Origin: Tubiluchus corallicola
Lineage: Eukaryota > Animalia > Priapulida
Length of the DNA stretch: 64,000 bases
Direction: 5' to 3'
NCBI GenBank assembly: GCA_030141605.1
Contig: JAQGDQ010000178.1
Location: 124,001-188,000, forward strand
Below the pieces are notes generated by a model. It was not told the DNA's origin, searched no databases, and saw only the letters and a program-made list of their open reading frames with translations. Of the stretch, positions 54,477 to 64,000 are shown one piece after another. Positions within the stretch are counted from its first letter, which is position 1. Every line of letters starts with the position of its first letter. The translations under genes and the position numbers were made by a program.

Positions 54477-55616
54477 GTTAGCAACATGTTCATAATGAGC
54501 TTGGCAATAGCTGACCTGACTGTTGGACTGTTTGTCATGCCAATCAGCACTGCCTACATCATGACTGAGAAGTGGTTGTTCAAACTAACCGTTTGCAAGA
54601 TGTGGCTTTCTGTGGACTACACCGCCAGTACTGCTAGTATCTTCAACCTTTTCATTCTCAGTCTGGACCGATATTGGAGTATAACCTCTCCGCTAAAATA
54701 CTTGAAGAAACGGACCAAAAAACGCGCGCTGATAATGATATCGATAGTGTGGCTGACTTCCGCATTGTGGATCGTGCCAATTCTGGGCTGGCACCATTTT
54801 ACGAATGATGGTGTTCGAAGAATTCCATCGGATGTGTGCGACACGGAGTTTGCACATGATCGGATTGTGAAAGTAACGACAGCTATTTTTAATTTTTATA
54901 TTCCTCTCGCCATGATGATTTCTGTTTATGGTAAGATATTCCATGAGATTCGACAACGGTCTAAGTTTGACATCGGGATACGCAATACAGGCGGCAACGG
55001 AAAACAGGACGGTGCGTCGGACTCTTTTGGTGATTATGACAAAAAGGCCAGTGGAGAAGGTGGAGAGGATGACGATGATGATGACGATGCCACACCGGAC
55101 GGTCAAAACATAATAATGTCCCGCGAGGAAATCGAATATCAAGAGTGTCCTTCATCACCGAAACTGAGTGCCGGGCAGTACACTAATCTAACGCTTCTTG
55201 ACGTAACGTCTTCCCCGCGTTTAGCTCTTCAGCACTTTGACAATATTAAGGTGACTATTGAATACGTGTATGATTCTAGTGACGAAGAACGTATTGCTAC
55301 CGCCCAGAGTCCTCTCATGGCCAAACATGTCAAGCGAGAACGCCTTCAAAAAGAGACGTCATTGTCCACGTCGGACAAGGGCAGTACGAATTCTGCTCAT
55401 TCTTCCATGTTGAATAATGCAGTAGAAAATCCATTGTATAGTAAGTCCCAAAAACTGAAACGGTTAAAGTCTGATGGCAAGTCAGGCAAACTACAAGCAA
55501 CGCCACCAGAACAAAAACGTGCGCTGCTCGTAAAACCCTTTCCAATAAGAGCAACAAAGGCAGCTCGAAAAAATCGAACAGCAGCATGGGATCAAAGCTA
55601 TCTTCCAAGTTCATAA
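54477..55616 (+). CDS. HRH1: Histamine H1-like GPCR, exon 2, zero frame (TM2-TM5, most of ICL3)
   Basis: SLAIADL; CKMWLSVDYTASTASIFNLFILSLDRY (D3.32, DRY); VPILGWHHF; CDTEF; KVTTAIFNFYIP (H1-typical K5.39 and N5.46); frame stops at 55614-55616 before TM6. Confidence 0.93.
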   Translation, partial: VSNMFIMSLAIADLTVGLFVMPISTAYIMTEKWLFKLTVCKMWLSVDYTASTASIFNLFILSLDRYWSITSPLKYLKKRTKKRALIMISIVWLTSALWIVPILGWHHFTNDGVRRIPSDVCDTEFAHDRIVKVTTAIFNFYIPLAMMISVYGKIFHEIRQRSKFDIGIRNTGGNGKQDGASDSFGDYDKKASGEGGEDDDDDDDATPDGQNIIMSREEIEYQECPSSPKLSAGQYTNLTLLDVTSSPRLALQHFDNIKVTIEYVYDSSDEERIATAQSPLMAKHVKRERLQKETSLSTSDKGSTNSAHSSMLNNAVENPLYSKSQKLKRLKSDGKSGKLQATPPEQKRALLVKPFPIRATKAARKNRTAAWDQSYLPSS

Positions 55617-55999
55617 AATCATCTCGCATTCCCAGAATTCCGTTCGGACTAAAGCGCAAGGTGTGCAAGAGCCCCAACAGCGCCCTCCGGCGGGAGAAAA
55701 AAGCGGCCAAGCAGCTGGGCGTCATCATGGGGGCGTTCGTGCTGTGCTGGCTACCCTATTTTGTATTTTTTATGGTTGTAGCTTTTTGTGATGACTGCAT
55801 TAGTGACGACCTCTACATGGCTTCGATATGGTTAGGTTATTTTAATTCTACTTTGAACCCGTTTTTGTATCCACTGTGTAACGCGAATTTTAAGCGTGCA
55901 TTTAAACGCATGCTAATGTGCAGGGACAGTAAGGCAGACTCTGCCTACTCCAGGGCATGCGAACTAAGCCAGGGCTATACTGGGAGAATTACCCGATGA
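55475..55999 (+). CDS. HRH1: Histamine H1-like GPCR, exon 2, -1 frame (end of ICL3, TM6, TM7, helix 8)
   Basis: Open from 55475 (after TGA 55472-55474); REKKAAKQLGVIMGAFVLCWLPYF and IWLGYFNSTLNPFLYPLCNANFKRAFK closely match H1; joined protein ~656 aa. Confidence 0.93.
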   Translation, partial: WQVRQTTSNATRTKTCAARKTLSNKSNKGSSKKSNSSMGSKLSSKFIKSSRIPRIPFGLKRKVCKSPNSALRREKKAAKQLGVIMGAFVLCWLPYFVFFMVVAFCDDCISDDLYMASIWLGYFNSTLNPFLYPLCNANFKRAFKRMLMCRDSKADSAYSRACELSQGYTGRITR

Positions 56000-58900
56000 C
56001 CATAGGATTATCTGTTGATTAAAGATAATTTCTATGCGATTTTAAAGGATTATTCGCACGACCACAAGACTGTGATCAACAACATTTACCCGTTCTTAAA
56101 CCCACTCTATGCGTGGCTGAACACATTATTAGATCCACATTTGAAACGTTTTATTAGATCCACTAGAGGTTCAAATAGGGAAACAACAATCCCGTCAGAA
56201 AGTGCAGAGTTATTTAAAATTGCAATACTTATTTACAAAATAGGCTTGAAGAAGAGCATTGAGCACTGACCGTTGGTTAAAGTGTTAAGGTCACTGGGCA
56301 GAACTTTCAGAAATCGATACCTTAAAAATGCTACTGCATCCAAACTAACAGGTGAAGCTACTTGAGATACTGTACTGGAGCCTGACCTTGGTCAAAGGTC
56401 GAAGAAATTACAGTTCTCCATTGTAATGCTAGCAACAGCATAGCACTACTAAACATTTAACTGAAAAAGGCTTATTCTACAACTCAAACAGTGTAAAAAG
56501 TTAGAAAACAAATGTTAAGTTGACGAAGGAAAGACTTATGTAGGGTATTCTAAAACGTTTACTGGGCAGTCTAAGGTCAAAATTTACTATCGTTTAAAAC
56601 CTGAAAACTGAAAAAAGAGTTGAACAACAAAATTGGGAGTCAGTTAGAGAGCGAGTTAAATTTATAGCAATTTGATTTACATCTCTTGCACAGCAAAATG
56701 CAAACAAAAAATGCGAATGTGTATAATTACTTTAGACTTACTCTATATTATTATTTTATCAAAGCGTGTCGTATATAATGCCTTTATCTTTTATTTCTTT
56801 ACACTGAAACTCTTTGTTGCAACACAATCGCGCGTAAATTTCTTCTAATTTCAAACTTTGACTAACCACGTCTCAAAACACGAATCTTGCAGCAACCCCA
56901 TTTCTGAAGGAGTGGAGTAACTGAATGCTCAATGGAATTTTTTTCTGATGTTTTCTTGGCATTGTGCTGTTTTGGAAGCACCTCAAAAGTACTAATTTAT
57001 TAATATATTGATTATTCTTTATTAGTCGCATGCTTTGCGTAATTGGTGCTGTAAGGAAGCTGTTTTTCTTCTTTTAATTTCTTTTTCTTTCTTAAACAAC
57101 GAATATACAAAATATTAGATTGAAATGTAAAAGATAAACGGCTTAAACGCTTAAAGCCAATTTATCTTTTTCATTTTATTTAGACTGTCTAGCGGTGTTA
57201 GTTTTTCAATTAAACAGCTACAAAAAAATATCCGCAACATTTTTATCATTGCGTGTTTTACGCATACTTTAAAACGTTAAAAAACAGTAAAATTAATATA
57301 TAAACAAAAAAAATCACGTTGAGGACGTTTCCTAAAACAAACACTGCAGTGAGGAAATGTTTTTAATTACTTTGAAAGTTTATATAGCATACTCATATTA
57401 CACCAATTGTGCAAAACTGTCCTAGAAACAATGCAAGTATTGGTTGTCAAACGAAGGTGTCTCATTTTGCACTTGTTTGCTATTCACCGCATGTGTTTGT
57501 TTGAGAAATTTCTCACAACAAGAATAATTACAATCAGTTGTTTGATCTGCCGCTAAAACAAAGATCTCCTGAACTCGATACGCAGGCTTCTCCTTTGTGA
57601 AATATTATCGTTCAATCTAGCGCTGGCTTCTTTGGTTTTAGAAGTGTGCAGAGGTTACATGTAACAAAGTTTTGGGTGAAATCAGACATGAAAGCCGGCG
57701 CGGGCAATTTGGATGATAGCATCAAGCTTGTCCCTCCGAGTGTCTAGCTTTAATTAACTTTGTTTCAATTAAATTGATTGGCGTTCAACTTGATTTAACG
57801 GGTGGAGAGGGAACGGCCTAGAACATTTACACTGATTGAGCATTCTACTTACTCTGTGGACTGAGTTGCTGAGAAATCGCACGTTTCTCCTCAATTAATA
57901 TAAGTGCTGCAGGAATTTCATTTTTTAAAATGTCTTTGGATATTTAACTAATCGTTTAATTAATTGTGCATAACATAAACTTTGCTTATTCTAAGTGGGT
58001 TAACGTGAAGTGATATTATTGACTGGAGTATTTCCAATATGAGTAACAAATACATTTTAGTTGAGAAGTGATACATATATAACTGGTTAGTTCAAAAATA
58101 TAATTATATAGACAGTTAGTACGGGTAATTCATTAGGTAATACTTACATTTGAAATACACAAAGCCCACAGAGTACAGAAGTGATACCAGAAACAATTAT
58201 CAATGTACATCATCCTATCAATTATGCAAAAGTATGATTAATCGATAACTGATGTTAAATGAAAAGTCCAGAATTCAAAATAATTCATGTTACAATTCGA
58301 TGTACAATTACAAAATATGCATAATTAGTTGATTAGCTATTTTATTACTAAAAGTAGTACTGTGCTATTCACATGGAACTGGGCGGTATACTAAACACCT
58401 CGTGTAGGTGCAAAATTAGATTGACCTTTTAAAATTCGATCTTTAGTTTAATTTTGATTTTTGACCAAAGATAGTTTGCCAACTTAAAAAATTCATGCCA
58501 TCTAAGAATCATACTACAAATAATGGATCGAAGCGCCATTGTGCGGCAAAAAATCTGCAAACCAGTAGTTTCTGAAGAAATTACTGGTCCATTAGGCAGA
58601 AATGTAACATTATTTTACTCACTCATACAGTAAGTATGTTTAAACGCATGCGCACAACTTGTGGTCTGCATGGTCCGTGTCTGTGGTCAGCTTGGGTTGT
58701 TCCCTACGTATAGCTCTAACCTAGTTTGCTGATGCTAACAATGTACTAACTAATTTTGCTTGTTGGACTAATAGTGTATGCTTGACTAAAACAGAACAAA
58801 TCTGACACATACCATGAGCTGGTAATAATTTTTGTGTGTAAACATTAATAATAATATGATAGTTCGTTTATTCTTTGACAGAATTTGAATTGAAATTTGT

Positions 58901-59892
58901 TTTAGTTCACTTCGAGCGCCCGCATAAATTTCAGCATTGCATATTCTTCCAATAAGACACAGCACACAAGACGTTTGTGGCACTTTTCTATTTGTAGAAA
59001 AGATAAATCATTAAACTGAGTGTAAAAATGCGTAAAAATGTAACCGCTTTTATTTGATGATTATGTAAATGTGAGATATGGAGTATCTCAATGTCTTATC
59101 ATAACATCTGTGAAGCTTTAGTATACAATTAGCATGTATAAACAGATGCCACGTAGCGGACACACACTAGACACTAGATTATACGGCTTTTTGTGACATA
59201 TCGGAGGTTTAAAAAGATTGAATCTTTCACATGATAATAACTGTAAGTAGAGTGTGAAAACATATCTTTAGTAAGAATTGTTCATGCACTGGTACAGGGC
59301 GGTTAGAAATATCGCAGACACAAAAACCTATTATGCAACAGTGTCATTGAAGTAGGTTGCTGTGTGTATCTTCACATGAAGAAATGTTTACTGTATATAG
59401 TTTTAATAATGAATAGAGTCAATATTTGATTCTCACCGCGGCTATGCCCGTTATGATATAAGAATACTTATAATAAAATAGATTTAAATATTACTATACT
59501 TTATTTGAAGTATTTATTAAAAGATGCATTAGCATACACAACGTAAGAAAATATCGCAACAGTTCCTCCTTTACTCGTGAATGCAACACAATTTAAAAAC
59601 ACTAATTTGTCACATCAATTAGAGAATGTTCTTTTCAAACTAACTACAAAGATATAATAATCTTACATGTTTTCTTTAATCCGAAGTGTTTTTTAATCTA
59701 TGAAGTACATATTTCCTCTACATCACACAATCTAATAGTTGCTATTTAAAAAAACACAAAATGGTTTGGTGAAATAAAATTAGAAATACATATAGTTTAC
59801 TCCTTCGTTCAAAGTTATATCTAATTCAACTAAATTTAGGTTGCATCGTAAAAGGAACATCTTGAGTTAACCTAACTTGTTTTTAAGTGTAA

Positions 59893-61260
59893 TTATTTCT
59901 TAAGAGATCTATCTGCAGCTGACAAGAGAGGGCGTTGCACTTTGCCAACATCACATCTGTGAAGAACATCTAAAAACCTAGCGCCGCCGATAAGCCATTT
60001 TGTCTTAAACAGCCGCTCTGTAATAATAAAATTCACAAAAAATTATCGCCAAATGTTATCAGATACTATTTCGTCAAGCTAGAGTTCAATTGTCGCTACA
60101 CAAACATAATCACGAGGTTCGGTGTATTGTCGATGAAGAGCTTTAACTGCTCATGTAGTTGATCGATATTAAATAAAATTAATGTTATTTTAACTCATCT
60201 TAACAAAAACTGCAATTTTTGTCCCAAAAATGAGACAAGATAACAGTATGATTACAGAAAAGCATTCAGTGAATATCGAATACACTAATATTTGTATTGA
60301 TGGAGTGCCTACTTCTACAAAATGTATGACTCATCCGCTGAGAAATTTGTGCTTTTTCGTACCACATAAGCTCTGAGAAGTTCATAGTTAGGTGCATCAG
60401 GATCATCAATTCCAACAACAGCAGTATCAGCAACATCTGGGTGCGACATCATCACAGCCTCAATCTCGTTTGTTTTAAGGACCTAAAACAAGCAACAAAA
60501 ACAGTCAGGTCTTTCCTTGTCCTTCTTTGCCCTTCTTCCCTTCCCTTCACTTTTCCTTTTATTTCCTTAATGTTTATTTCTTCTTTGATTATTTTCAGAA
60601 CGTATTGTACGTCTTTGTTATGTTTGGTGCAAAGATTCTCTTATTACCACCCACACGCATTGGTCAGAGAATGAATTGTGATGGAGTAGCATCGTTTTAT
60701 TTTCTCTGTTATTCGGCTTTGTGTCTCACAGTATGTAAGTTTACAATTTAGTATTTGTCTGGTAATGCTGCAGTAAATGAAATAACAGGCAATAGGCTGT
60801 AAACTTGAACAAAGTCCATTTAATATGGTAAGTTTTCCCTCTTCATCAAAAGTACCAATATCTCCAGTATGAAAAAATCCATCGTCAGTAAAAGAGCGAG
60901 CAAACTCTTCTAGATTGTTGAGTTAACTGGGAAATCACACAGGAAGATTTGACCAAGATTTCACCTTCGCACCTTAGCCCCAGTACTTTTCCAGTTTCAC
61001 TGTCAACAATCTAAAATGTTTAATATTTAGGGAATTTACTAGCAAATTTGTCCTAAGTTAATGCTACAGATTAGTGTTACAAATTAATGTTACATAGATA
61101 TTTTATAGTCTATCTGATCGGGTTATAATTGTGAAAGAAATTCAAAGTACTTTTTGATGTGAGTCTATAGGAAGTCAATGATGAAATTCCAACACTGGCA
61201 ATGAATTTATAAGTCTGGGATCATCACCTCTAAAATTACATCCGTCATGATTTCATATGT
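59893..61260 (-). pseudogene. Decayed tandem copy of the 3' part of the luciferase-like acyl-CoA synthetase
   Basis: Exon relics with retained acceptors: 61010-~60830 (IVDSETGKVLGLRCEGEI..1-nt insertion, TAC>TAA..FTDDGFFHTGDIG); 60482-60313 (EIEAVMMSHPDVADTAVVG, frameshifts); 60017-59893 (KWLIGGARFLDVLHRCDVGKVQRPLL..KK*); very decayed exon at ~61150-61260. Confidence 0.85.
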
Positions 61261-62138
61261 ATTTTATATTTGTGTGCCTTTTCCTCCGTTGCCTACATCA
61301 ACTTCGTAAGCAAAATATAAATCCTATCTAAGGTTTACATTCGTAAACCCGAATTACTTTAGCTTTCCTAAAAGTGTTTTTGAATCTACCTTTTTAGTCT
61401 TAGGCACCGACACAACTAAAAAAGTGCGATTTTTTTCCAGAATTTTCCAATTCTCCAAGTTATCTTATCACAATAATTGTACGTTATTGCACATATAAAT
61501 ATCCTGTACAATCCATTTATAATCGTACTACTATGCCAGTTTTTCAAACACTGTAGTCAAATAATAAAATGCCGACGAGTTTACGTTTCATTAATCTTTT
61601 ATTTGCCTACTTTACAAACAGCCAAACAATGTTAAATCTGTACGAATAACATTTATCAACAAGTACAAGTAAATTATTTGTTAAAACACGTCAAACACAT
61701 ATATTCTCGTAAAACTAAATTATCCACATATTAGTCACTCTATAAGTGAATAAAAAATTTAAAGCGAAGCACTTGACTTGGACAATCAGCTATTAGTGTG
61801 GATTATTTTATTTTTAAACATTACAATAAAAAAAGCAAAAGTTTTTGCTCAATACAAACAGCCAGAAAGGCTGCATGAGAAGGTTGAAAACGCCATTGTT
61901 CGTACGTAAACTTATTCACGATAAACTAATAGTTGTAAATACGTCATTCTTTTAAATTTTGTTTATCTACGATAACAGTATTATATCAAAATTGATGTAA
62001 AAACACGCATTTTCTTCCAGTTTAGGCATAGCTCGCTGTTTTGTCTACGCGGTAAACTTCCTGAAAATGCAGATTATTTTGATCAGGTCCTTACTTTTAT
62101 TCGTGCCTGTTGTATGTTTTAACGGCAGTGAAATGTGA

Positions 62139-62260
62139 TTATTTAAGAGATTTATCCGCAGCTATCAAGAGAGGGCGCTGTACTTTACCAAATCCAGATC
62201 TTGGAAGAACATCTACAAACTTAACACCACCAGTAAGCCATTTTATTTCAGACAGATGCT
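62139..62260 (-). CDS. Luciferase/4CL-like acyl-CoA synthetase, terminal exon
   Basis: Acceptor tttatttcag; (E)HLSEIKWLTGGVKFVDVLPRSGFGKVQRPLLIAADKSLK* with the A10 PxxxxGK lysine. Confidence 0.9.
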
Positions 62261-63278
62261 CTGAAATAAACAAAAAATAAAAAATGTCTCTCGAAACTCT
62301 TTTGTCAGACAAGAATTTGACTGTAGTCTTTATAGACTAAATCACCTAAAATTGATTATGCAGAACTAAAATGCAGGTTATATCAGCATAAGTCTTTTAA
62401 ACTGACAATAGGATCAGCTCACAAGTCCGATGTGAGTTAAGTAGGTATGTTAAGAGATCTCTGAACCTTGTCCAACAAAAAAAGGAGAAGCGTTGTAAAA
62501 GCAGAAAAAGAAAGCAGGATTCAACAACAATGATTGTCGCAGTATTAGTACACGAACTTAACAACTCTGTTTTTATGTATAGAAAAATAGAGCTGGGTCT
62601 ACAATATCCCACACGTTACTTTTCCTGGACCATAAACACTACAAAATAACCTGTGCGTGAGCGAATTTGCATTTATTATGACCTTTATCAAATTGAAGAT
62701 GAAATCTACTTTGTCAAAAAAATGTTCACGTTATCAGGATGACAGATTTACACTTTTTATAATAATATTGAAAATTTTTTCACTATATTTTCTGCCAAAC
62801 CAAATGACAATGATAAATTTATCTTTATAATGAGTAGTCACGATATCGAATTATGCAAGTAAGTTGCAGCTCTAGTGGAATCAGCCTTTCAGACTAGGAC
62901 TTTTTGTCTAAATAAAAATCTAGATACGAGTACAACTGGGCGAAGAGTTATTAATGTATTAATATTATTAATACAATTTTATGTAATTTTGTTTCAATAA
63001 TTATTTTTAATACTTTTGTGAAATAATTGTTATTTGTTTTGTACGCTCGCGCTACAATATTCCTTTAAAGGGATTTTGTCTCTAGTAAACATTTTTTTCA
63101 CTGTTGATTAAAATGTGTCTGGTTGATTTGATTGTAATGTAATGTATGTACAACGTAATATTGGTTCAATAAACAAACATATGACTCATATTCATACGAT
63201 TTCTTTCCATGGTTTTTACAGTTTCGCCTGGCTAATTTCAACCTTAGAGATTTCAGTGAAGATTTTTGAAAAGCCTAC

Positions 63279-63447
63279 CCTTTACAAAGCGTGTAATGTC
63301 CTCCTCCGACAATTTTGAATTTTTCCGCACTACGTAAGCTCTGGGAAGATTATAATTAGGAGCATCTGGGTCGTCAACACCAACAACAGCAGCATCAGCG
63401 ACACCTGGGTGTGACATCAACACAGCCTCAATCTCTACTGGTAGGAC
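63279..63447 (-). CDS. Luciferase/4CL-like acyl-CoA synthetase, penultimate exon
   Basis: AG|VLPVEIEAVLMSHPGVADAAVVGVDDPDAPNYNLPRAYVVRKNSKLSEEDITRFVK G|GTAGGC; 169 nt; phases match both neighbours. Confidence 0.92.
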
Positions 63448-63757
63448 CTAAAAGTACAACTTTGTTTTGCTATTTACTCACTTCCATTCTACACCAATCT
63501 TTCCTTCTCTCCTTCCATTCTTATATCCTTTTTTCCTCATTGATCAGTTCTAAAATAAAATCATTTGTAGTTCTAATTTGTTCTATCTACCCTAATCTGT
63601 AAGTTTGCAGTACATTCGAAATACATTATAGTTCACAATTGGTGCATAGGGAAATTATGGAAATATTCACACGATCATAAAAATGTTTATTAAATCTCGC
63701 AGATTTTTAATATGGTATGTGGTTCTGAAAAGAAATAAGGAAAGTTGGTATACTGAC

Positions 63758-64000
63758 TTGATTAGAAATTAGCTCTTTGCGATTATAAACTTTAATCATG
63801 TTTTTTATTCGTTCGACGACCAGAAGTTTTCCCTCTTTGTCAAAAGTACCGACATCTCCAGTACGGAAAAATCCATCGTCAGTAAAAGAGAGGGCAAATT
63901 CCTCTGGATTATTGAGGTAACTGATCATCATTGAAGGAGTTTTGATGAAAATTTCTCCTTCACAGCCTGGCCCCAATTCCTTTCCACACTCCTTGTCAAC
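63758..64000 (-). CDS. Luciferase/4CL-like acyl-CoA synthetase exon (continues beyond window)
   Basis: VDKECGKELGPGCEGEIFIKTPSMMISYLNNPE..DGFFRTGDVG..ERIKNMIKV..NQ|GTCAGT: ANL motifs A6-A8. Confidence 0.92.

Noticed and set aside
55441-55559. GTAAGT at 55441 as donor of a small intron rescuing the receptor frame
   Set aside because: The phase-compatible acceptors I found (55481, 55559) are AAG without a pyrimidine tract, and the better CAG at 55635 is the wrong phase; not fully excluded without RNA-seq
54617-55728. Antisense and alternate-frame ORFs over receptor exon 2
   Set aside because: Shadow ORFs of a GC-richer coding exon; no motifs
62139-64000. Calling the ANL gene a true luciferase
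   Set aside because: Luciferase-like acyl-CoA synthetases are widespread in non-luminous animals, and the substrate-binding region lies outside the window

Overview
AT-rich, repeat-rich eukaryotic DNA, apparently from an invertebrate animal (long GT-AG introns, abundant microsatellites, MITEs and SINE/LINE relics). No prokaryotic features or CRISPR arrays are present. Genes: (1) A histamine H1-type aminergic GPCR on + (coding exon 41669-42115, 12.4-kb phase-0 intron, exon 54477-55999). Its frame shifts by -1 in the third intracellular loop; the frame overlap holds an in-phase A_AAA_AAT slippery heptamer and a strong-context ATG starting a separate TM6-TM7 ORF. A 1-bp assembly error is the simplest explanation and must be excluded first. 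(2) The last three exons of a firefly-luciferase/4CL-like acyl-CoA synthetase on - with an unusual A8 loop, plus a decayed tandem copy. (3) A decayed single-exon 3-Ig-domain membrane-protein pseudogene (3011-4292, -) interrupted by a LINE-RT/(TA)n insert. Non-coding highlight: a ~700-bp foldback (35643-36351) whose two arms together reconstruct a minimal Penelope-type hammerhead ribozyme, with a second hammerhead relic at ~48.6 kb. Most ORFs in the supplied track are microsatellite or antisense artefacts. All calls were made by eye and repeat boundaries are approximate.
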